DNA from: Candidatus Omnitrophota bacterium
GTDB taxonomy: Bacteria > Omnitrophota > Gorgyraeia > Gygaellales > Profunditerraquicolaceae
Reading direction: 5' to 3'
NCBI GenBank assembly: GCA_041651035.1
Contig: JBAZKC010000001.1
Coordinates: forward strand, 323,244-387,243
DNA: 64,000 bases
Within the stretch, counting starts at the first letter, position 1. Each line of letters opens with the position of its first letter. A program made the translations under genes and the position numbers. The notes under the pieces are model-generated. The model saw only the letters and a program-made list of their open reading frames with translations. It was not told where the DNA came from and did no database searches. Positions 37,620 to 45,070 of the stretch are shown here, in pieces.

Positions 37620-38368
37620 TATTTACCCTCTAACTTTTTTACAGCCCCTAAGGCAATGGTGATTAAGTTTGATTCCGCCATATAATAAAGCGGGTTCATA
37701 AATCCCATTTCGCCGGTTATGACATTATCGCTTACCGCAAGTATTGAGCCGGCCTTAATATTGTAAGTCTGCGCGATAGTTAACAGCGTCGAGGAAACCA
37801 TATCCACGGCAATAGCGCCTTCTTTGCGTTTTGCTTCCACTATCTCCCTGGTCTCGCGTAAAAGAGCGTCTGTGGTCCAGACTGTGCCGCGGTGTATATT
37901 TAACCCCATGTCTTTGGCAACATCATATAAGGTATCGCTGATCTTTTTATCGGCAACTGTCTTAAAATCTTTATCCACATAGTAAGGCGTAACCCCGTCT
38001 CCGCGGATTACTTTATCCGCTATTACTAAATCCCCGACTTTGATATCCTCGCTTAAAGAGCCGCAGGTGCCAATACGAATAATATTCTGTATCCCGGAGT
38101 TACACATTACCTCGCTGGTAATAGAGGTATCGGTAGAGAATCTTCCGCCGTTTATGGCAGTAAGTTTGATCCCCTGATAGGTGCCGGTGTACATGGTGTA
38201 TTCCATAAAAGAAAAATTGCGCACGGGATTTTCTATTTTCTTGATCAACACTTCTAATCTATCTTTCGGGCCGGGGACAATGGCGTATTTGCCCACATCC
38301 TGCGGCCTCAACTGCACCATCTGCGTTAGATCCTTGCCTGTTAAATGAACATCCTTCTGCATCTGCAT
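37619..38368 (-). CDS. PNP/UDP-family nucleoside phosphorylase (candidate MTA/purine nucleoside phosphorylase)
   Basis: PNP_UDP_1 signature (IRIGTCGSL...GDLVIADKV). 249 aa. Start codon overlaps the mtnA-like stop. Confidence 0.6.
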   Translation of the reverse strand: MQMQKDVHLTGKDLTQMVQLRPQDVGKYAIVPGPKDRLEVLIKKIENPVRNFSFMEYTMYTGTYQGIKLTAINGGRFSTDTSITSEVMCNSGIQNIIRIGTCGSLSEDIKVGDLVIADKVIRGDGVTPYYVDKDFKTVADKKISDTLYDVAKDMGLNIHRGTVWTTDALLRETREIVEAKRKEGAIAVDMVSSTLLTIAQTYNIKAGSILAVSDNVITGEMGFMNPLYYMAESNLITIALGAVKKLEGK

Positions 38369-38392
38369 GTATTTATCTCCTTTTTAATCACT

Positions 38393-38562
38393 GTTTAGCG
38401 GCTGTCTTGTCTTGTTTCTCGCAGGGACGTTCGCCAGCCCCGGCGTGTCTGGCTCACTCAGCGAAAATTCTCGCTCTGCCAGATAATTATTTAGCGGGGC
38501 AACCGTGCCCGCTCGAATTTCCGTATGCCCTGCTCAAAATCAAGCCAAGCCATCCGCTAAAT
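38393..38562. promoter_or_regulatory. Three copies of a TTTAGCGG box (two direct, one inverted) plus an 8-bp hairpin in the promoter region of the phosphorylase/isomerase/aldolase operon
   Basis: GTTTAGCGG at 38393, ATTTAGCGG at 38489, CCGCTAAAT at 38554. Hairpin AGCGGGGCA...TGCCCGCT at ~38493-38514. Confidence 0.3.
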
Positions 38563-38601
38563 CGGACATCCTTTTTTCAAAAAACAGTCGCTGTCTCTAT
38601 T

Positions 38602-39297
38602 TTACATATTTTCAACCAATATCTTAGAATCCATACCCCAACAGAGTAAACGAACTAAAATTCTATCGCTAAGCCTTCGCTTTTCATCATCTTTTCTTAG
38701 GGGATTTATATAAATCTTTTTTATATATTCAAAGGGGTTAACATAAAAGACAACGCACGCTAATGATACTTTACTGCTTATTCTATATCCAAACCTATAT
38801 TCTTTATCTAGAAAATACTTTTTCCCTTGAAACTCCTTAAGTTTTCTAAAGGGGCTCTCTAAGCAATAGTTAGGCATTTCTGCAGCTTCTGGTGGAGCAT
38901 CGTCATCTGTATAGTAGGAAATCTTCGCGTCTTTAAATTCTTGAAATATCCCCTTTTCTAGGAAGTAGCTACCCTGTGAAGCAATCTTCTTCACATCGTC
39001 CACGGTTGACAAAATAGCAATATCATTATTTTGTGTATACAATTCAAAGAATGTCTGTATATCTTTATTTTTATCTTCATTCTCTAAGGAATGCCAACAA
39101 CTTACTAACCAGTCACCTGATGTCGTAGCAATTGTATTTTTTAATCTGGTTTCCTTCTCATGTGGGTCGCCATTCTTTTCTAAAGGAAGAACGAGATAGT
39201 ATTTGGTATTATGAAAGATGAAAGTACTGCTTTCTCCACTTTCAGGTAAAATATAATTGCTAAAGTCTTGAATTGAAATAATTCTGAGTAACTCCAT
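38602..39297 (-). CDS. Hypothetical protein in an AT-rich (~35% GC) island, no recognisable domain
   Basis: 231-aa ORF. Composition and codon usage differ clearly from flanking genes. Flanked by long non-coding stretches. Confidence 0.45.
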   Translation of the reverse strand: MELLRIISIQDFSNYILPESGESSTFIFHNTKYYLVLPLEKNGDPHEKETRLKNTIATTSGDWLVSCWHSLENEDKNKDIQTFFELYTQNNDIAILSTVDDVKKIASQGSYFLEKGIFQEFKDAKISYYTDDDAPPEAAEMPNYCLESPFRKLKEFQGKKYFLDKEYRFGYRISSKVSLACVVFYVNPFEYIKKIYINPLRKDDEKRRLSDRILVRLLCWGMDSKILVENM

Positions 39298-39357
39298 CTT
39301 AAAATTATCTTAAGAATTTGTTATCTATTCAATGAACTTGGCAAGGTTCGAGCGAAT

Positions 39358-39523
39358 GTCGATTTTAGCCAAAGCAGCTTGAGCATTTTCGGGAATCCCG
39401 AAGCCCGAAGGGCAATTTCGGGACGGCGATGCTGTTTGAGCGCCGAGGTAGAGGCCGAGGCGCGAGTTCAGCAGCCGCCGAAAATGCGAAAGACCTTTGG
39501 CGGCCCGTCAGGGCAAAATCGAC
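39358..39523. ncRNA. Candidate structured RNA or regulatory element, GC-rich (~60%), with nested long-range helices
   Basis: Outer helix GTCGATTTT(39358)/AAAATCGAC(39515). Inner helix GCCAAAG/CTTTGGC. Internal alternative pairings TTCGGG/CCCGAA x2. Direct repeats GCCGAGG x2. No credible ORF. Confidence 0.3.
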
Positions 39524-39552
39524 CTTGAGCGAGAAGCTTGACAGGTTCATTG

Positions 39553-40464
39553 TTAAAGAGCAAGTATATTTCCCAAATTACCACCCAGGATATCTTGCTT
39601 ATCCTCTTGCGATATATCCAGGCTGTTTACCGCGTTTATCCCCGCGGCGACATCTTTCTTTGCCGGCCAGTCACTGCCCCAGAGTATATGTTTTGGGCCG
39701 AGCATCTCCAGCGCGGAGAGAAAATTAGTCTTTTTTATATCGCCGCTGGTATCTACGTAAATACTCCTTAAGAAATCCGTGGGCTTGCCTTTTAAGTCTT
39801 TGACAAAATTCATCCCTTTAAGCATCTGATAAGTGGCGTCAAAGCGGTGCTCCAAATGGGTGATCACTCCTCCGAAATAAGCAAAGATAAACTTCAACTT
39901 AGGATAATCACGCAGGATATCCGCCATCAAGAGTTTACCGATACAGATCGTAGTATCAAATACATACTCGGCAACCGGGGTCAATAACGGGTCCTGCACG
40001 CGTTCATAGCCGATAGGATTGACTATCTGCGAATGCACAAATATCGGGATTTTTGATTCTTCAGCCAGCTTGTATAAAGGTAAGAACCTCTGATCATCAA
40101 GATAAATACCGTTGTAGCTGCTGGCTAAAGAAATTGCCTTAAAACCAAATTCCCCTGTGGCGCGCTTGGCCTCTGAGACCATATCCTGCGAGTTATCTAC
40201 CGGCATGATCGCAGCACCAATGAACTTATCAGGGAACTTTTTAATAATCTTGGCTACATGGTCATTATAAATACGCGAGACCATACTCATGCTGCCGAGT
40301 TTTAAATGCGCGTCAGAGGTAGGATATGACAAAACCGCCTTATCAATGCCGGCTGCTTCCATCATCTTTACCTGGGCTTCAATATCTCCCCATGCCTTAT
40401 GGAAGAAATGGGCATTGTTGATGATTTCTTCTGGTAACCAATGCGAGTGGCTGTCTATAATCAT
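39553..40464 (-). CDS. Amidohydrolase-2 family (TIM-barrel metal-dependent hydrolase/decarboxylase, PF04909-like)
   Basis: N-terminal IIDSHSHW metal-binding HxH and further His/Asp ligands (VHSQ, HLEHRFD, GSDWP). 303 aa. Confidence 0.6.
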   Translation of the reverse strand: MIIDSHSHWLPEEIINNAHFFHKAWGDIEAQVKMMEAAGIDKAVLSYPTSDAHLKLGSMSMVSRIYNDHVAKIIKKFPDKFIGAAIMPVDNSQDMVSEAKRATGEFGFKAISLASSYNGIYLDDQRFLPLYKLAEESKIPIFVHSQIVNPIGYERVQDPLLTPVAEYVFDTTICIGKLLMADILRDYPKLKFIFAYFGGVITHLEHRFDATYQMLKGMNFVKDLKGKPTDFLRSIYVDTSGDIKKTNFLSALEMLGPKHILWGSDWPAKKDVAAGINAVNSLDISQEDKQDILGGNLGNILAL

Positions 40465-40465
40465 C

Positions 40466-40855
40466 CTAATGCTCCGTGCTTTTTAAGATCCTCTCGGTCA
40501 TCTCCTTCTCATAAAGCGCCTTGATCTCTTTTAGAGATGATACCCCAAGTGTCCTGGCAATTACTTTCTCTATTGCCCGCAGTTTTAAACACAAAAACGC
40601 GTAATCTCTTTTTAAAGCCTTGCCGTCATATTTTAATTTCAGGCCGGTTTTCTCCTTATTCTCGATATAGGCCTGAAAATCATCAACAAATTTCTTTATT
40701 TCCGGGCTCTGGCGGTTACGCAGTTCTTTTAAGATCAACCTGTCAATCTGGCTTTGCGTAAACTTACGCTCGATCTTATCCAATTCCTCTTTGACAGCCT
40801 TATACAGCCAGATGAGGTATCTCTTTTTAAGGTTTTTCAGGTCTTGCTTATCCAC
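40466..40855 (-). CDS. Hypothetical helical protein
   Basis: 129-aa Lys/Glu-rich ORF overlapping the amidohydrolase start. Confidence 0.35.
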   Translation of the reverse strand: MDKQDLKNLKKRYLIWLYKAVKEELDKIERKFTQSQIDRLILKELRNRQSPEIKKFVDDFQAYIENKEKTGLKLKYDGKALKRDYAFLCLKLRAIEKVIARTLGVSSLKEIKALYEKEMTERILKSTEH

Positions 40856-40862
40856 CGTTTAG

Positions 40863-41471
40863 TTATTTCTTTACCAATTCCGCGTCGTCAAGATAAAGCG
40901 TGCCTTTTGCCGGCGGCAACGGTTCAAACTGGTAACTCTTTATCGGGAAATCTATCTGTCCATTCTTTTCCGCGGTCTGCGGCTGCCAGTCGTCGCGCGC
41001 GACAAATTCCTTGAACGGGCAGACTACCTGTTTCCAGCCTTTAAAATTATCTTCAAAAATATAGCGCGATATCTCACCGCCGTTATCTTTGATGTCAAAA
41101 GCGATCTTTGCCTTATTATCGCTGCCGTACATATAAAAAGCTATGGCATTGTATTTATTCCAGCTCACATCTCCTGCCTTCACCAGCCAGCCGGAATTCT
41201 TAGCGTCTAAATCATAACCTCTGGCTACCCAGATATATCCTCCGGGAACAGCATCATAAGTTACCTTAAGCGACTGTTTGCCTCCGTGCGCGATATCTGT
41301 AGCCGCGCTGACTTCCACGTTTGAACCATTACCAGCCCCGAAATCCACCGTTCCTTCGGGACCGCCGGTAATCATGATCTCAAAACCGTCAATTAATAAT
41401 ATCTCATCCGCGGCAAGGCTCAAACCTGCCAAACTTAAAACCATAACCAGGATCAAAACAGCTGTTTTCAT
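40863..41471 (-). CDS. Secreted beta-sandwich protein, carbohydrate-binding-module-like (CBM11/CIA30-like)
   Basis: Start moved to the internal ATG (41471) with a strong SD (AGGAGGAAGC). Signal peptide MKTAVLILVMVLSLAGLSLAADE. The ORF-track N-terminal extension is the translated leader element. Confidence 0.45.
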   Translation of the reverse strand: MKTAVLILVMVLSLAGLSLAADEILLIDGFEIMITGGPEGTVDFGAGNGSNVEVSAATDIAHGGKQSLKVTYDAVPGGYIWVARGYDLDAKNSGWLVKAGDVSWNKYNAIAFYMYGSDNKAKIAFDIKDNGGEISRYIFEDNFKGWKQVVCPFKEFVARDDWQPQTAEKNGQIDFPIKSYQFEPLPPAKGTLYLDDAELVKK

Positions 41472-41485
41472 AATGCTTCCTCCTT

Positions 41486-41532
41486 TGCCCACAAGGGCAC
41501 ACCCGCGCAATTCCGATAAGCGCGGGGTGTAA
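41486..41532 (-). promoter_or_regulatory. Conserved two-hairpin 5' leader element, copy B
   Basis: mRNA strand reads CCGCGC-uuaucggaauu-GCGCGG then UGCCC-uugu-GGGCA-AAGGAGG. One stem base pair covaries with copy A (U:A to C:G). Confidence 0.5.
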
Positions 41533-41572
41533 GTCCACAGGGACACGCCCGCCACTCCTTTATGGCGGGGCG

Positions 41573-42349
41573 TTATTTACCCGGGTGCGCTTGTTTAAAC
41601 GGTATTACCGGCGCGGTCCAGGGTGTCTGCTGGTTAATAATAGCGATCTCCAACGGACAAACATTTGCCGGCACAGTCAAAGCGAACTTCACCGCGTTTT
41701 CAATTGCCTCGGTTGTCATCAGGCGCGAGGTGTCTGCGGTAATTTCCTTTAATTTGCCGGTTAAGTCAGTATCTGTTACGCCCGGCAGCAAAGAGGTGAT
41801 CTTAATGCCGTGGTCGCGGATCTCCCAAAAGAGCCCTTTTAAGAAAGCACGCAAGCCCACTTTTAAAGAACTATAAACAAGGAAATTACGCGGCAGGGGA
41901 TCGCATAGAGTTGAACCGGAAACCATATTAATGATCGAGCCGCTTTTATTTTTTATCATATCGTTAATTACCAGGCGGATCAACCTGACATAACCTAAGT
42001 AATTCGTATGCGCCAATCTTTCAAAATCCTCAATGGGCTGCTCGTGGAACGGATACTGGCTGGAAACCCCGGCGTTATTGATGAGGATATCTATTTTGCC
42101 GAATTTCGCTTTTGTTTTATTAACCAGGTTTTCCAGGTCCTCTAATTTCGCCACGTCGCAGACCAAAGGCAGCACTTCTACTTTATATTTTTTGGCGATC
42201 TCGCCCGCGGTTTCCTCTAACGGGCCCTGCTGGCGCGCGGCAATGGCAAGATTAATGCCTAAACTCGCGCAGGTGCAGGCAATAGCCTTGCCGATACCGC
42301 GGCTTGCTCCGGTTATAATAGCGGTCTTCCCTTTCAATTCCGTGCTCAT
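41573..42349 (-). CDS. SDR-family ketoreductase (FabG/ActIII-like)
   Basis: TGASRGIGKAIA Rossmann motif, NNAG, and catalytic S...YSSLK. 258 aa. Last gene of the PKS-like operon. Confidence 0.75.
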   Translation of the reverse strand: MSTELKGKTAIITGASRGIGKAIACTCASLGINLAIAARQQGPLEETAGEIAKKYKVEVLPLVCDVAKLEDLENLVNKTKAKFGKIDILINNAGVSSQYPFHEQPIEDFERLAHTNYLGYVRLIRLVINDMIKNKSGSIINMVSGSTLCDPLPRNFLVYSSLKVGLRAFLKGLFWEIRDHGIKITSLLPGVTDTDLTGKLKEITADTSRLMTTEAIENAVKFALTVPANVCPLEIAIINQQTPWTAPVIPFKQAHPGK

Positions 42350-42359
42350 ATTAAGCCTC

Positions 42360-43484
42360 CTAAACTTTTGCGATCAATAACTTCCTATCCAGTAATAATA
42401 ATACTACCAAGCTAAAACCAAAACAAACAAAACTCAAAACAAAACTTTTCTGTATCAACACTCCTCCGATAGCCACACCCAGGCCTCCGGAGACAAAACG
42501 TATGCCGCTGTTTAAACTCGCTGCCTCATGCAGAAAATCCCCGGGCAGGTCAGTAAGCATAGTAGAAAGCCCGGCGTGGTTAAAAGTCCAACCCAGGCCC
42601 CAGATAATCATTAACAGCGCGATAAACAAAACCGGCAGTTTAAATGCCAGGCAAAATATGCTTAAGGCCATCATCAGGATCCCTAAATTTATCGTCTTTA
42701 CCCTGCCCAGCGTATCTGCCAAAATACCCCCGAATGTTTCACCGAAAACTCCGCTTAGGCTGGTCAATGTGATCAAAGAACTGATCAGGAACTGGGAAAA
42801 TCCTAAATCAGATGAAAAATATACTGCCAGCCACTGCTGCACGCCGTGATAGATCAAGCTGATAAAGAATATATAGGTAAAAACCAGAAAGAAATCCCTG
42901 TTTTTAAAGGCGCGCAAATAATTTATTTTAAAACCCACAGCATCTTTCTTAAAGCTCGGCAGGTAAAAATAGATAATAACGCATAATACAAACCCTAACA
43001 CCGCCGGAATAAAGAAAATCAGCCGCCAGTGGACAATCCCGCTTAAGGCCAGGCCTAAAAGAGACGCGATAAACGTCGCTCCAAAGAAAATCCCGACGAA
43101 TTTGCCCCGGGATTTGTCTTCCACGTGCCTGGCAATTAAAATAATCCCCAAAGGAATTACTGAAGCCCCGAATAACCCCATCATGAACCGGGCAAAAAAT
43201 AAGGAATTTATATTTTGCGCCAATGCCGCCAGCAGGTTAGCCAAAGAAAACAAACTAAGGCAGGTTAATTCTACCTTTTTGGCGTCAATCAAACGCACCA
43301 GCGGCCCGTAGACCAAGGCAGCTATGCCGTAAGGCAGCATATACAGCCAGATGATCCTGCCGGCAAATAATTGAGAAAGAGCGAAATCCCTGGCTATGGA
43401 AGGCACCAGTGCTGCAACTGCGGCGACATTAAAAGAAAGCAGCGCGCCTTCTAAACACAAGATAATAAAAGTAGACTTCTTCAC
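42360..43484 (-). CDS. MFS transporter (putative exporter of the cluster product)
   Basis: 374 aa, 12 TM helices. Overlaps the SRPBCC stop by 4 nt. Confidence 0.55.
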   Translation of the reverse strand: MKKSTFIILCLEGALLSFNVAAVAALVPSIARDFALSQLFAGRIIWLYMLPYGIAALVYGPLVRLIDAKKVELTCLSLFSLANLLAALAQNINSLFFARFMMGLFGASVIPLGIILIARHVEDKSRGKFVGIFFGATFIASLLGLALSGIVHWRLIFFIPAVLGFVLCVIIYFYLPSFKKDAVGFKINYLRAFKNRDFFLVFTYIFFISLIYHGVQQWLAVYFSSDLGFSQFLISSLITLTSLSGVFGETFGGILADTLGRVKTINLGILMMALSIFCLAFKLPVLFIALLMIIWGLGWTFNHAGLSTMLTDLPGDFLHEAASLNSGIRFVSGGLGVAIGGVLIQKSFVLSFVCFGFSLVVLLLLDRKLLIAKV

Positions 43485-43966
43485 TTCTTAGTTGCTTCTC
43501 TTTCAATAATTTCTTTAAAGATCTTCAGGTTGTGCCGTGAGCCTTCATTAATAAAGCCCTCGACCTGCTGGTCGGTAAATTTAGCTTTTTCATCCATTTC
43601 AAAATGCTGGATCCAAGCCATCTCCACTGGACAGAAGTCCGTGGTTTGGCATCCTTTAGCCAAAGCCATGCCTGCGGGCTTAGACGTATAAAGCCAGACG
43701 ATCTTCATATATTTAAAAGGAAACAACGGCTCCTGCCTTTGGGCATAAGTAAAATATTTGTCTTTAAAAAGCAGCCGCCAGGAAACCCAGGACTTCCCTT
43801 CTTCGTCAGTAAGGCGGAAGGTGATTTTATTGTCTTTCTTCTCCACGACTTCGGCTTTCTGGTATTCACTGCCAAATAATTCTGTCCAGCGCGGGATATC
43901 GTTAGAAATATCAAAAACCAAATCATACGGGGCGTTAATAATTATTGAATTGCACGTGTGTCCCAT
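43481..43966 (-). CDS. SRPBCC-superfamily protein (polyketide aromatase/cyclase-dehydrase type, Polyketide_cyc2-like)
   Basis: Start at the internal ATG (43966) with SD AAGGAGG. IINAPYDLVFDISNDIPRWTELF is the typical START/Bet v1-like N-terminus. ~160 aa. Confidence 0.55.
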   Translation of the reverse strand: MGHTCNSIIINAPYDLVFDISNDIPRWTELFGSEYQKAEVVEKKDNKITFRLTDEEGKSWVSWRLLFKDKYFTYAQRQEPLFPFKYMKIVWLYTSKPAGMALAKGCQTTDFCPVEMAWIQHFEMDEKAKFTDQQVEGFINEGSRHNLKIFKEIIEREATKK

Positions 43967-44020
43967 ATATAACCTCCTTGCGCAGAAAGCGCACACCGAC
44001 TCCTCCTTTAGAGTCGGGTG

Positions 44021-44821
44021 CTATTCTAATATCGCCACTACGCGCGACCAGGCAGCTCCGGTATTCTTTATCTTTACCGGAAAACAAACCACCTTAAAAC
44101 CAAAAGCAGGCAGTTCCTCTAAATGCGCCAGGCGCTCAATATGTATAAATTCCCTTTTCCTGCCGTAAAAATGCGCCGGATATAACGCGCCCGTTTTTTT
44201 GTTATCCAGAAATTCTTTCAGCATGAATTTATAAGGCCGGTCAATACCCATGGTGTCTGTGCCGAATATTTTTACACCCCTGTCCAGCAAATAATCTATC
44301 GCCGAAATATCTATCCCCGGGTAATCTGTAAAATAACGGGGGCTTCCATAAAATTTATCGGCGCCGGTATGCAAAAGCACGATATCCAGGTTTTTAAGGG
44401 AATAATTTATCTTTTTTAGCGCGCTTTCTAAGTCCTGGGCGGTTATGGTTTCGTTTGGCGTCTTATGCGTAAAGTCAAGATGCACGCCACTAGACATGCA
44501 CCAATCTAATGGGATTTCTTCCGCGGTCTTTGACGGCCTGCCTTCTGATAATGAACCGTAATGAAAGGAGTAATCTAAGTGTGTGCCGACATGAACCGGC
44601 GAATGGACTATTTCTAAAGACAGGAATTCCTGGCCAGGGAGGTCTTCTTTCCGGAGGATACGCTTTCCCAGGATATATTTTATCCTGCCTAAGAAAGTCT
44701 TACCCATAATTACGCGGTTAAACTTTTCCACGCCCTGCTTATGAGACACTCTCTGGATATTTACAGGGTGCACCTCAAAAGCCTTTTCATCAATAGGCAG
44801 GCTTAAGTCAACTATCTTCAT
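44021..44821 (-). CDS. Cyclase-family protein (PF04199; kynurenine formamidase/polyketide cyclase-like)
   Basis: HxGTHxDxPxH motif as HSPVHVGTHLDYSFH. 266 aa. Confidence 0.65.
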   Translation of the reverse strand: MKIVDLSLPIDEKAFEVHPVNIQRVSHKQGVEKFNRVIMGKTFLGRIKYILGKRILRKEDLPGQEFLSLEIVHSPVHVGTHLDYSFHYGSLSEGRPSKTAEEIPLDWCMSSGVHLDFTHKTPNETITAQDLESALKKINYSLKNLDIVLLHTGADKFYGSPRYFTDYPGIDISAIDYLLDRGVKIFGTDTMGIDRPYKFMLKEFLDNKKTGALYPAHFYGRKREFIHIERLAHLEELPAFGFKVVCFPVKIKNTGAAWSRVVAILE

Positions 44822-45055
44822 TTAACTTAATTTTGGTTGGATCACCTTTTCAATATCGTTGATAGTAGAAGACTTGGTTATTTCTTTAGGGCTTAATTTT
44901 ATATTAAAGGTTTTTTCCAGCGCGATAACGGTTTCTACCATTTCCGTGGAATCCACGCCTATGCTGTCCTGTAGCGCTGCGTCGTCTTTTAACTCTTCAA
45001 GCTTCACCTTCAATAATTTCACTAAAACATCTTTGATCTTTGGTTTTATATCCAT
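44822..45055 (-). CDS. Acyl carrier protein
   Basis: 77 aa. Phosphopantetheine-attachment motif IGVDSTEMVETVIALE. Confidence 0.8.
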   Translation of the reverse strand: MDIKPKIKDVLVKLLKVKLEELKDDAALQDSIGVDSTEMVETVIALEKTFNIKLSPKEITKSSTINDIEKVIQPKLS

Positions 45056-45070
45056 ATCGCCTCCCTGTGT

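Noticed and set aside
39330-39346. Shared 11-mer AATGAACTTGG at 39331 and 51032
   Set aside because: A single short match with no flanking similarity or shared context. Probably chance.
39429-39728. 99-aa plus-strand ORF (MLFERRGRGRGASSAAAENAKD…) and the 61-aa minus ORF 39365-39550
   Set aside because: They are low-complexity Arg/Ala/Ser-rich translations of the GC-rich structured intergenic element and overlap the amidohydrolase CDS on the other strand. I treated them as non-coding.
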